Assembly: GCA_028826165.1 (NCBI GenBank)
Contig: JAPDFW010000070.1
Span: 620,001-684,000 of the forward strand
Source: Anaeramoeba ignava BMAN
Lineage: Eukaryota > Protista > Anaeramoebae
Direction of reading: 5' to 3'
Length of the DNA: 64,000 nt
Made by a program: the position numbers and the translations under genes. The notes beneath the pieces are model-generated. The model saw only the letters and a program-made list of their open reading frames with translations, had not been told where the DNA came from and made no database searches. Shown one piece after another: positions 1-13,439 of this stretch (position 1 is the first letter of the stretch; every line of letters starts with the position of its first letter).

Positions 1-3000
1 TCCAATTTCTGATACAATTTCAGGTGCAAGCGATCCATATTGTCAATTCAAACATGGTGGAAAAGAATTCAAAACCAAAACAATTAAATCATCTCTTTAT
101 CCAAGTTGGAAAGAAACATTTGTTTTACATTTAAGTTCTGAAGAACTCAAAAATTCAATTAAACTTGAAGTTTGGGATTGGGATAGAGTTGGTAAAAACG
201 ATTTCCTTGGAAGAGCCAAAGTTAGAATTCATCAATTAATCAAGAATATGATTGAAGATGGAAAATTAATTTACAAAGCCACATACGAATCACCAATAAG
301 AGAACCAATAAATCCCAAAACAGGGCAACAACTAAATCATGGAACAATACTTGGAAGGATAAGAGTTGAATTCCCTGAAAATACAAATTTAAATGAATTG
401 AAAATGGCTTGTGGAATTATTCCTGAAAGATTAAAATACATTTTGCCTCATCAGGAAAACAAAATCGCAATTGCATTCAAAGTTAGTAAAGGGAAAAACA
501 TTCCAATTTCTGATACACTTTCAGGTGCAAGTGATCCATATTGTCAATTCAAACATGGAGGAAAAGAATTTAAAACCAAAACAATCAAATCATCTCTTTA
601 TCCAAGTTGGAAAGAAACATTTGTTTTACATTTAAGTTCTGAAGAATTCAAAAATTCAGTTAAACTTGAAGTTTGGGATTGGGATAGAGTTGGTAAAAAC
701 GATTTTATTGGAAGAGCCAAAGTTAGAATTCATCAATTAATCAAGAATATGATTGAAGATGGAAAATTAATTTACAAAGCAGCATATGAATCACCAATAA
801 GACTTCCAATAAATCCCAAAACAGGAGAACAACCAAATCATGGAACAATACTTGGAAGGATAAGAATTGAATTCCCTGAAAATACAGATTTAAATGGATT
901 ACAAATGGCTTGTGGAATTATTCCTGAAGTATTGAAATATCAATTACCAACTCAAAAAAACAAAATCGCAATTGCATTTAAAGTTAGTAAAGGAAAAACA
1001 TTCCAATTTCTGATACACTTTCAGGATCAAGTGATCCATATTGTCAATTCAAACATGGTGGAAAAGAATTCAAAACCAAAACCATTAAATCATCTCTTTA
1101 TCCAAGTTGGAAAGAAACATTTGTTTTGCATTCAAATTTTGAAGAATTCAAAAAATCAGTTAAACTTGAAGTTTGGGATTGGGATAGAGTTGGTAAAAAT
1201 GATTTTATTGGAATTGCCAAAGTTAGAATTCATCAATTAATCAAGAATATGATTGAAGATGGAAAATACATTTACAAAGCAGCATATGAATCACCAATAA
1301 GACTTCCAATAAATCCCAAAACAGGAGAACAACCAAATCATGGAACAATACTTGGAAGAATAAGAATTGAGTTTCCTGAGAATACAAATTTCAAAGATTT
1401 GCAAATGGCTTGTGGAATTATTCCTGAAAGATTGAAATACGAATTATCTCATCAAAAAGATAAAATTGCAATTTCATTGAAAATTAGTAAAGGGAAAAAC
1501 ATTCCAATTTCTGATACACTTTCAGGATCAAGTGATCCATATTGTCAATTTAAACAAGGAGAAAAAGAATTTAAAACCAAAACCATTAAATCATCTCTTT
1601 ATCCAATTTGGAAAGAATATTTCACTTTTCATTTAAGTTTGGAAGAATTGAAACATTCAATTAAATTACAAGTTTGGGATTGGGATAGAGTTGGTAAAAA
1701 TGATTTTATTGGAATTGCAAAAGTTAGAATTCATCAATTAATTAAGAATATGATTGAAGATCAAAAGTTAATTTACAAAGCAACATACGAATCACCAATA
1801 AGACAACCAATTAACCAAAAAACAGGAGAACAACCAAATCATGGAACAATATTTGGAAGATTAAGAGTTGAATTACCAGAAACAACTGATTTTAATGAAC
1901 TGAAGATTGCTTGTGGAGTAATTCCTGAAGTATTGAAATATCAATTACCAGTTGAAAAAAACAAAATTGCAATTTCATTGAAAATTAGTAAAGGAAGAAA
2001 TATTCCAATAGCAGATATTTCAGGAGCAAGTGATCCTTATTGCCAATTCAAACAAGGAGAACAAGAATTTAAAACCAAAACCATTAAATCATCTCTTTTC
2101 CCAGTTTGGAAAGAATATTTCACTTTTCATTTAAGTTTTGAAGAATTCAAAAAATCAGTTAAACTTGAAGTTTGGGATTGGGATAGAGTTGGTAAAAATG
2201 ATTTCCTTGGACTTGCAAAAGTTAGAATTAATCAATTAATAAAGAATATGATTGAAGATCAAAAGTTTATTTATCAAACAACATACGAATCACCAATAAG
2301 ACAACCAATAAATCCCAAAACAGGAGAACAACTATATCATGGAACACTATTTGGAAGATTAAGAATTGAATTACCAGATAATACAAATTTCACTGAATTG
2401 AAAATGGCTTGTGGAATAATTACTCAAAGATTGAAATACGAATTACCATCTCAAGAAAATAAAATTGCAATTTCATTGAAAATTAGTAAAGGAAGAAATA
2501 TTCCAATAGCAGATATTTCAGGAGCAAGTGATCCCTTTTGCGAATTTAAACAAGGAGAAAAAGAATTTAAAACCAAAACAGTTAAATCTTCACTTTATCC
2601 AATTTGGAAAGAATATTTCACTTTTCATTTAAGTTTTGAAGAATTAAAACATTCAATTAAATTACAAGTTTGGGATTGGGATCGACTTAAAAAAAATGAT
2701 TTCCTTGGAATTGCGAAAGTTAGAATCAATCAATTAATGAAAAATATAATTGAAGATGGAAGATTAATTTATCAAACAACATATGAATCACCAATAAGAC
2801 AACCAATTAATCCCAAAACAGGAGAACAACCAAATCATGGAACAATATTTGGAAGATTAAGAATTGAATTACCAGAAACAACTGATTTTAATGAATTACA
2901 AATGGCTTGTGGAATTATTCCTGAAGTATTGAAATATAAATTACCATCTCAAGAAAACAAAATTGCAATTTCATTGAAAATTAGTAAAGGAAGAAATGTT

Positions 3001-6000
3001 CCAATAGCAGATATTTCAGGAGCAAGTGATCCTTATTGTCAATTTAAACAAGGAGAAAAAGAATTCAAAACCAAAACAATTAAATCATCTCTTTTCCCAA
3101 TTTGGAAAGAATATTTCACTTTAAATTTAAGTTTTGAAGAATTAAAACATTCAATTAAATTACAAGTTTGGGATTGGGATCGACTTAAAAAAAATGATTT
3201 CCTTGGAATTGCCAAAGTTAGAATTAATCAATTAATTAAGAATATGATTGAAGAAGGGAAATTAATTTACAAAACAACATATGAATCACCAATAAGAGAA
3301 CCAATAAATCAAAAAACAGGAGAACAACCAAATCATGGAACAATATTTGGAAGATTAAGAGTTGAATTACCAGAAACAACTGATTTTAATGAATTACAGA
3401 TGATTTGTGGAATTATTCCTGAAGTATTAAGATATCAATTACCAGCTCAAGAAAACAAAATTGCAATTTCATTCAAAATTAGTAAAGGAAGAAATATTCC
3501 AATAGCAGATATCACAGGAGCAAGTGATCCATATTGTCAATTTAAACAAGGAGAAAAAGAATTCAAAACCAAAACAATTAAAACATCTCTTTTCCCAAGT
3601 TGGAAAGAATATTTTACTTTATATTTCAGTTTTGAAGAACTTATGCATTCAATTAAATTACAAGTTTGGGATTGGGATAGAGTCACAAAAAATGATTTCC
3701 TTGGAATTGCCAAAGTTAGAATCAATCAATTAATCAAAAATATGATTGAAGAAGGGAAATTAATTTACAAAACAACATATGAATCACCAATAAGACAACC
3801 AATTAATCCCAAAACAGGATCACAAACGAATCATGGAACAATATTTGGAAGATTAAGAGTTGAATTGCCAGAAACAACTGATTTTAATGAATTAAAAATG
3901 GTTTGTGGAATAATTCCTGAAGTATTGAAATATAAATTACCAGCTCAAGAAAACAAAATTGCAATTTCATTGAAAATTAGTAAAGGAAGAAATGTTCCAA
4001 TAGCAGATACTTTCTCACATTTAAGTGATCCATATTGTCAATTCAAACAAGGAGAAAAAGAATTTAAAACCAAAACAATCAAATCTTCACTTTATCCAAT
4101 TTGGAAAGAATATTTTACTTTATATTTAAGTTTTGAAGAATTAAAACATTCAATTAAATTACAAGTTTGGGATTGGGATCGAGCTAAAAAAGATGATTTC
4201 CTTGGAATTGCGAAAGTTAGAATTAATCAAATAATAAAGAATATGTTTGAAGAAGGGAAATTAATTTACAAAACAACATATGAATCACCAATAAGAGAAC
4301 CAATAAATCCCAAAACAGGAGAAGAGCCATATCATGGAACAATATTTGGAAGATTAAGAGTTGAATTGCCAGAAACAACTGATTTCAGAGAATTGAAAAT
4401 GGTTTGTGGAATTATTCCTGAAAGATTAAAATATGAGTTGCCACCTCAAGAAAACAAAATTGCAATTTCATTAAAAATTAGTAAAGGAAGAAATGTTCCA
4501 ATAGCAGATACTTTCTCACATTTAAGTGATCCATATTGTCAATTCAAACAAGGAGAAAAAGAATACAAAACCAAAACAATTAAATCTTCACTTTATCCAA
4601 TTTGGAAAGAATATTTTACTTTATATTTAAGTTTTGAAGAATTAAAACATTCAATTAAATTACAAGTTTGGGATTGGGATAGAGCTAAAAAAGATGATTT
4701 CCTTGGAATTGCGAAAGTTAGAATCAATCAAATAATAAAGAATATGTTTGAAGAAGGGAAATTAATTTACAAAACAACATATGAATCACCAATGAGAGAA
4801 CCAATTAATCCCAAAACAGGAGAAGAGCCATATCATGGAACAATATTTGGAAGATTAAGAGTTGAATTGCCAGAAACAACTGATTTTGACGAATTGAAAA
4901 TGGTTTGTGGGATGATTCCTGAAGTATTACAATATGAGTTGCCAGCCGAAGAAAACAAAATTGCAGTTTCAATGAAAATATCAAGAGGAAGACAAGTTCC
5001 TGTGGGAGATATCTCAGGAACAAGCGATCCATACTGCAAATTTAGTTATGGAGGAAAGGAATACAAGACAAAAATGGTTAAAACAACACTTTTCCCAATT
5101 TGGAAGGAAACATATCTTCTGCATTTCAGTTTTGAAGAACTTAAACACGCTCTTCGTATCAGCGTATACGATTGGGATCGAGTATCACGAAACGATTTCC
5201 TTGGGATTATCAAGATGCGCGTTCATCGAGCAATTAAAGATATTGTTGAAGAAGGGAAGTATATTTACAAAACAACATATGAATTTCCGATTATCTCTCC
5301 AGTCGACTACAGATCAGGACCACGAACTGGCACTGGAAGAATACTCGGAAGACTAAGAGTGGAATTGCCGCAAAACACAGACTTTACAGAGCTGAAGACA
5401 ATATGCGGGCTTATTCCAGAAGTATTGAAATACGAATTGCCAAGTGAAGAAAACAAAGTCGCAATATGGATGAAAGTCAGCAGAGGAATAAGCATTCCAG
5501 CCGGAGATAAATTGCATCACCGCAGCGATGCATACTGCAAATTTACATATGGCGATAAAGAATATAAGACCCAAACAAGATACAGCACACTTTGTCCGAT
5601 TTGGAAGGAGCAATTTATTCTTCATTGCGATATTCTTGAGCTGAAGAAGTCGTTGAAACTCCATATCTGGGATTACGACAGAGCAAAGAAAGACGACTAT
5701 CTTGGCGTGGCGAAATTCCGCATCAATAACCTGATCAAAGATCAATTAAGTCCTGATAAAGCAATTTATAAAATTGAGTATGATTCGCCACTAAGAAAAG
5801 TGATCGATCCAAGAACAGGTCAAGAGCCGAAGAACGGGATTGTCTTCTGTCGGCTGCGCATCGAGTTCCCGCAGAACACTGATTTCAATACTCTGAGGAT
5901 GGTGTGCGGATTAGCACCTGAGAGAATGAAATACGAGCTGCCTTGCGAAGAAAACAAAATTTCGGTTTCATTGAAAATCTCAAGAGCAAAAAATTTGCCA

Positions 6001-8455
6001 ATTGGAGACACTATTAGTCAATTTAGCGATCCATATTGCGAGTTTAAACACGCAGGAAAAGAGTACAAAACAGAGACTCTCAAATCAACACTTTATCCGA
6101 TCTGGAAACAGAAGTTTATGATGCATCTGTCGATGGAGGAGTTTATGCAGAAAATCAGGATCGGTGTTTGGGACTGGGACTTTGCAAAGAAAAACGATCT
6201 TTTAGGAATTGCAAAGTTGCGATTGATGAGTGTTTTAAGAGAAGCAGCAAAAAAACAATACCCACAAATCGAGGGTATTTCATTTCAAAATGTTGCGTTT
6301 GAGGCACAAAAAATGGAAGAATTCCGATTGTGGAATGGTGGGGTTGTTTCCGTTCCGGTAAGATTGCCTGACGATCCAAAAAAGGGACCACAAGATCATC
6401 ACGGGGAAATTATATGCAGAATTCGGATTGAGTTTCCAGAGAACAGCGAGCTTGGAGATGTTCTTATTTGCTCAGGAATTCTCCCTGCACCGCGAGTGTA
6501 CAAACTCGTCGACAGCCAGAACACAAACAACTGGGGCATCAGCGTTCGAATTAACAAGGCACTCGGGATTGTCGGTGCAGACAACAACGGAATGAGCGAG
6601 GCATATTGCAAAATTGTAGTTGGAAAAGAAGAGCTTTCAACAGAACGTTTTAAGTCCAGTTTATATCCCAAATGGAAACAGACCTTGACTCATATTTTCC
6701 CTCCATTCTCGATCCCCAAAGTTCGTCTCGAGTTATTTGCCCGCAAGAAATTAAAAACAGATGTCTCCATCGGCTATCTCAATTACTCCATAACTGATCT
6801 TATTAAAGAACGCTATCAAACGGACGGTTCTTTGATTGATGTCAAGAAACATCTCCCGATTAAATACACCCCCAAATACGGTATTGAGCTCCCATCTCCT
6901 CACGGCACTCTCTCCGTCACAACACGCATCGAAATCCCTGCACAAGCCTTCCAAAACACTGTCGATCGTGTTAATAACCCGGATGCTTATAGAGAACCCC
7001 TTTTCTCCTTCGATTCCCTCACACACACAACTTGGCGTCCAAATTATCGCCAACAAAGCCCGCCATCTCAAGCGTCCGTCTTCAAAGAAAACCGTCAACT
7101 CATACTGCGTGCTCAAGGTGGGACATCAAGTCTTCAAAACAAAAACAATCGCCAAACATCTTCATCCTAAATGGCAAGATGAGTTTAAAATGCTTGGCAC
7201 AGCTTTCGGTCTCCGGAAGATTTATATATCACTTTTCCACGAGAGAAAGAAGATTCTTTCCGACAAGCCCAAAAAACCGTTGCTTATCGGAGTTGCCAAG
7301 TTTGATATCCTGAAGGAATTGCGTCACCAACTAGAGGCCCCAAAACCGTTTTATTTCATCGACAAATGGTTTGCTGTCGAGATCCAAGAGAATCCCAAAA
7401 CAGGTGCAAACAAACAAGTCGGCGAGATCAATCTCAAGCTCCGCATTGAGTGGAACCCTATGCTCAACCATCAGATCGTGCAAGCCATCTGCGGATTCAA
7501 CGGAGCAAATTACATCCCAACAGAAATTTTCGATCCAAAAGAGCTTAATGGCAACCAATGCGGCGTTGATTTACTGATAAAGAAAGGTCTTGATCTTCCC
7601 CCAAGCGATCTTTCTGGACTTTCCGATCCTTACTGCATCTTCAATTTCGGGAAATCAAAGACAGAATATCGCACACAAACATGCCCAAACACACTCTATC
7701 CACTTTGGCGAGAAAGATTCAAGCTTATCGGCTCAATCGAGGAATTCAAGAAGCTTGAGCTTGTGTTCATGGACTATGATACAGTCACAAAAGACGATGT
7801 TTTGGGCTCAATCAAGCTTAAATTCTGGAAACTTCTCGGAGAAAATCTCAGACAGAATCAATCCGTTTATATTTTCAAGAAAGATTTTGATCACATCAAA
7901 AAAACCGATACTCGCAAAGTTGTCGGTCAAATTCACGGAAAAGTCTCCATGATTATTGCGATCCAAATTCCACTCAATTTCGACTATAACGAATGGGCGC
8001 AGATTGTTGGCATTCAACCACGTTTCTATGAACCTTCTCTCGAAGTTCCGCAAGGCAAATGGGGACTTATCTTCAATGTTCGTCGAGCCATTGGTATTCC
8101 CAGTACCGATCTTAATGGCTTTTCTGATGCTTATTGCGTCATTCATATTGGAACTGAGAATCTCAAAACAAAAATCCAGTTCAAAACTTTGAACCCTATT
8201 TGGAAAGAGTCGTTTACGTTTATTGATGACCCTAAAGAGCTCAAGAAGATCTATATTGATATTTATGATCGTGATAAGTTCTCAAAGGATGACCGTGTTG
8301 GTGATGTTAAAATTCCTTTTGCTGATTTGGTTTCTGCTCATCCTCCAAGAAATGGTTGTTCTGTTACTTTTTTCAAAGAATGGTTCCAGATATTTGATAA
8401 AGAGAAAAAGGAACATGGAAAGATTCTAATTTGGTTCCGTCTTGAGATGAATTAA
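1..8455 (+). CDS. Giant tandem C2-domain protein (at least 17 C2 units, 5'-partial, two apparent frameshifts)
   Basis: Frame 2 is open from position 2 (PISDTISGASDPYC). About 166-167 aa units recur with C2 motifs D-x2-3-G-x-SDPYC, KTKTIKSSLYPxWKE and VWDWDRxxKNDFxG. ORFs 248-1240, 1126-7170 and 6836-8455 join via a 1-nt loss at ~991-995 and a frame change in a CA run at ~7019-7030. Stop TAA at 8453-8455. No introns are needed. Confidence 0.92.
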
Positions 8456-8554
8456 CTTTCTTTTTTTTAATTCATTTTCTTTAATTTCGTTTTTTTAATT
8501 CTTTTTTTAATTCTTTTTTTAATTCTTTTTTTAATTCTTTTTTTATTAAATTTT

Positions 8555-9850
8555 TAATTCAAATTCTTTTCCACTTTTTAATTTTAATTTGGATTTTGAT
8601 TTAATTTTGATTTAATTTTAATTTTGATTTAGATTTTGATTTAATTTTAATTTTGATTTAATTTAATTTTGATTTAATTTTGATTTTAATTTTGATTTGG
8701 TTTTAATTTAATTTTGATTTTAATTTTGATTTAATTTTAATTTAATTTTAATTTAATTTTAATTTTGATTTAGATTTTGATTTAATTTTAATTTTGATTT
8801 TGATTTTGATTTAATTTTGATTTAATTTTGATTTAATTTTGGTTTAATTTTGATTTAATTTTGATTTAATTTTGGTTTAATTTTAATTTAATTTTGGTTT
8901 TAATTTTGATTTAATTTTGATTTAATTTTAATTTAATTTTAATTTAATTTTGATTTAATTTTAATTTAATTTTGATTTAATTTTGATTTAATTTTGATTT
9001 AATTTTGATTTAATTTTGATTTAATTTTGATTTAATTTTGATTTAATTTTGATTTAATTTTGATTTAATTTTGATTTAATTTTGATTTAATTTTGATTTA
9101 ATTTTGATTTAGATTTTGATTTAGATTTTGATTTTGATTTAATTTTAATTTAATTTTGATTTAATTTTAATTTTAATTTAATTTTGATTTAGATTTTGAT
9201 TTAATTTTGATTTAATTTTGATTTAATTTTAATTTAATTTTGATTTAATTTTGATTTAATTTTAATTCAAATTCTTTTCCACTTTTTAATTTTAATTTAT
9301 TTTTGATTTAATTTTAATTTAATTTTGATTTAATTTTGATTTAATTTTGATTTAATTTTGATTTAATTTTGATTTAATTTTGATTTAATTTTGATTTAAT
9401 TTTAATTTAATTTTGATTTAATTTTGATTTAATTTTGATTTAATTTTGATTTAATTTTGATTTAATTTTGATTTAGATTTTGATTTAATTTTGATTTAAT
9501 TTTAATTTAATTTTGATTTAATTTTAATTTAATTTTGATTTAATTTTGATTTAATTTTGATTTAATTTTGATTTAATTTTGATTTAATTTTGATTTAATT
9601 TTAATTTAATTTTGATTTAATTTTAATTTAATTTTGATTTAATTTTGATTTAATTTTGATTTAATTTTGATTTAATTTTGATTTAATTTTGATTTAATTT
9701 TATTTTGATTTTGATTTAATTTTGATTTAATTTTAATTTAATTTTGATTTAATTTTGATTTAATTTTAATTTAATTTTAATTTAATTTTAATTTAATTTT
9801 GATTTAATTTTAATTTAATTTTGATTTTGATTTAGATTTAATTTTAATTT
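8555..9850. repeat. Intergenic minisatellite (TTTTGATTTAA)n with a duplicated unique seed
   Basis: 11-bp unit repeated for about 1.3 kb. The block TTTAATTCAAATTCTTTTCCACTTTTTAATTTTAATTT occurs at ~8553 and ~9261. Confidence 0.9.
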
Positions 9851-9979
9851 GGATTTCTTTTTTAAAAAAATTTTTTCATTTCTGAAGAAATCATTTTTTT
9901 ATTTTCTTTATTCTTTATTCTTTATTCTTTACTTTTTAATTTGAATTTAATAAAAATAAAAATAAAAATAAAAATAAAA

Positions 9980-10228
9980 ATGTCAGCATTATTTCATTTT
10001 AATTCTATGTTAATTGTTATTCTATTAACAATTTGTAGTTGTGCATATCTTCATCAAAAATTCCCTAATGCTTTTCAATATAAAGAAGGATTCCTTGGTT
10101 TATTATGGAAATTTGCAAGAATTGGAGAAAGATTAAGTCCTTGGGTTTCTTTATCTTGTCTTTTTATGGGTTCTGCATTCTTATTTTCTTATTTAATTCA
10201 ATTATTTTCTTTTAAACAAAAACAATAA
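9980..10228 (+). CDS. TMEM167: Protein kish (TMEM167), small Golgi membrane protein
   Basis: MSALFHFNSMLIVILLTICSCAYL...GLLWKFARIGERLSPWVSLSCLFMG matches the kish family signature. ATG at 9980, intronless. Confidence 0.92.
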   Translation: MSALFHFNSMLIVILLTICSCAYLHQKFPNAFQYKEGFLGLLWKFARIGERLSPWVSLSCLFMGSAFLFSYLIQLFSFKQKQ

Positions 10229-10364
10229 AATTCTTTTTCATTTTTCTTAAAACAATTTTGAAATAAAAATCTTTATATTTTTATTTAATTTTTCATTTTT
10301 TTTAATTTTTAAAAAATCATTTTTTCTTTTTTCTCTTTTTTTATTATTAATCAATTAATTATAA

Positions 10365-13129
10365 ATGTCAGTTAGATTAAAGTCTCTTGATGAAAGACAC
10401 ACAGAAATTCTTCGTGAACTTGTTCGTCGTCCTGAAAATAAGTTTTGTGCTATGTGTAATGAAAGAGTAATTATAATTTAAATTTTTTAAAATAAAAATA
10501 AAAATAAAAAAGAAAAACTGAATAAAATTTTTTTAAATATAATAAAAAAAAAAGGGTCCAAATTATGCATGTTTAGATTTCAATACATTTGTTTGTACAA
10601 TTTGCAGTGGAATTCAGTAAAAATTATAAATAAAATTATTATTAAAATTATTATAAAATTATAAAAATATAAAAATTAATAAAATTAATAAAATTAAAAT
10701 TAATAAGTCGATCATTTGGACATCGAGTTAAAAGTATTGCAATGGCTTCTTTTTCATCTTCAGAAATAAAAAACCTTCAAAATGGAGGAAATGCAGTTGA
10801 TCGTAAAACATATTTATCAAAATGGAGTGAAAGCAAATTTAAAAAACCTCAACCAGGTGAAATTGATAAAATTAAAGAATTTATTAAACTTAAATATCAA
10901 GAAAAAAGGTTTGTTTTCTAATTTACCATTTAATAATAATTTATAAATAATTTTAATAATAAATTTAATAATAATTTTAATAATAAATTTAATAATAATT
11001 TTAATAATAATTTTAATAATAATTTTAATAATAAATTTAATAATAAATTTAATAATAAATTTAATAATAATTTTAATAATAATTTTAATAATAATTTTAA
11101 TAATAATTTTAATAATAATTTTAATAATAATTTTAATAATAATTTTAATAATAATTTTAATAATAATTTTAATAATAAATTTAATAATAAATTTAATAAT
11201 AAATTTAATAATAATTTTAATAATAAATTTATAATAATTTTAATAATAAATTTAATAATAAATTTTAATAATAATTTTAATAATAATTTTAATAATAAAT
11301 TTAATAATAATTTTAATAATAATTTTAATAATAATTTTAATAATAATTTTAATAATAATTTTAATAATAAATTTAATAATAAATTTAATAATAATTTTAA
11401 TAATAATTTTAATAATAATTTTAATAATTTTAATAATAAATTTAATAATAAATTTAATAATAATTTTAATAATAAATTTAATAATAATTTTAATAATAAA
11501 TTTAATAATAAATTTAATAATAATTTTAATAATAAATTTAATAATAAATTTTAATAATAAATTTAATAATAATTTTAATAATAATTATAATAATAATTTT
11601 AATAAATTTAATAATAATTTTAATAATAATTTTAATAATAAATTTAATAATAATTTTAATAATAATTTTAATAATAATTTTAATAATAATTTTAATAATA
11701 AATTTATAAATAATTTTAATAATAATTTTAATAATAAATTTAATAATAAATATAATAATAAATTTAATAATAAATTTAATAATAAATTTAATAATAATTT
11801 ATTAATAAATTTAATAATAAATATAATAATAAATTTAATAATAAATATGAGAACAGATGGTTTGCTAAAAAGAAATCACATAAACATCATGAAGAAGATG
11901 ATGAAAATGAAGTAAAAGATGAAGTTCCTCGTAAAAAAACAAGTTTAAAACTTTCTACAAAACCAAGAAGTCCGAAAAGATTTAATTTAAAAAAACCAAC
12001 ATCAAAACCAAGAGTTGTAGTTGGAGATGATAGTGATGATGATGATAAGGATAGTGATGATGATAATAGTGATAATGATAGTGATAGTGATAGTGATAAT
12101 TATGTTAAAAAATCACATAAATCAAAACACAACAAAAAACCAATAAAAAAACCAATAAAAAAACCAATAAAAAAACAACACAAACAAGAAGAAACAAAAG
12201 TAGAATCATTAATTCAAACAGAACAACCACAAGTTGAAGTTAAAAAACCAAATTCTGGTAATAAATTTATTTATTTAATTTATTTAATTTATTAATTTAT
12301 TTAATTTATTTAATTTATTTAAAAACAAAATAAAAATTATTAAATTAAAAAAGGAGGACTTTTAATTGATGAAATGCTTTCATTAGGATTAGATACATCA
12401 TTTACACAAAAACAACAACAAGAACAACAACTACAACAACAACAACTACAATTCCAACAACAACAAAATCAACAACAAAATCAACAACAAAATCAACAAC
12501 AAGATTTTATACAACAAAGTGGATTAGGAAATAATAAGATCAATGCACTTAAAGATTTAGTAACAGAATTTGGAGGAGAAAGTACAACAACTGGATTTGG
12601 ATGGAATAGAGTTAGAAATGCACTTACAGGTGGTGGAGGATTTAATACAGGAGGTGGTTTTAATACAGGAGGATTTAATACAGGTGGTGGTTTTAATACT
12701 GGTGGTGGTTTTAATACTGGTGGTGGTTTTAATACTGGTGGTGGATTTAATACTGGTGGTGGTTTTAATACTGGTGGTGGTTTTAATACTGGTGGAGGTT
12801 TTAATACTGGTGGATTTGGAAATCAACAATTTTCAAATCTTTCACCTCAACAATTACAACAACTTCAACAAATGCAACAAATGCAACAAATGCAACAAAT
12901 GCAACAATTACAACAAATGCAAAGAATGCAACAAATGCAACAAATGCAAAATCAAAATCAAAATCAAAATCAAAATCAAAATCAAAATCAAAATCAATTT
13001 TGGAATCAAACTCAAAATACTCAACAACAAAATACTCAACAAAATACTCAACAAAATCAATTTTGGAATCAAACTCAATCAAATACACAACAACCAAAAA
13101 CAACTCCTAAATCAAATTCTTTCATTTAA
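10365..13129 (+). CDS. ArfGAP-domain protein, AGFG/HRB-like, with GGGFNT repeats and Q-rich tail
   Basis: Exons 10365-10466, 10555-10616, 10708-10908, 11857-12257, 12354-13129 (all GT-AG). The spliced protein has CAMC-x16-CTIC-SGIHR, HRVKSIAMASF, GGN and KYQEKRW. Confidence 0.9.
10925..11845. repeat. Intronic 12-bp minisatellite (AATAATAATTTT/AATAATAAATTT)n
   Basis: Fills ArfGAP intron 10909-11856. Confidence 0.9.
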
Positions 13130-13439
13130 ATTCTTTTCTTTCTTTCATTTAAATTCTTTTCTTTCTTTCTTTCTTTCTTTTTTTCATTTCCAATTTTCTC
13201 TTTTCATTTTTTTTGAAACAAAATGAAAAACCAAAAAAAAATTCAAATTCAAAATCAAATTCAAAATCAAAATTAATTAAAGTTTTCTTTTTGAGTTAGT
13301 TAAAAAGCACAAAAGAAAAAAAAAAGTAAAAAAAGAAAAGAATTCTTTGTTAAAAAGAAAAAGAAAAGAAAAAGTGGAACAGAAACAGAAACAGAAACAG
13401 AAACAAAAAGAAAAGGAAAAAGGAAAAATGAAAAATGAT

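Noticed and set aside
6836-7170. Overlapping genes at the C2 3' end
   Set aside because: Explained by a single frame break in one CDS.
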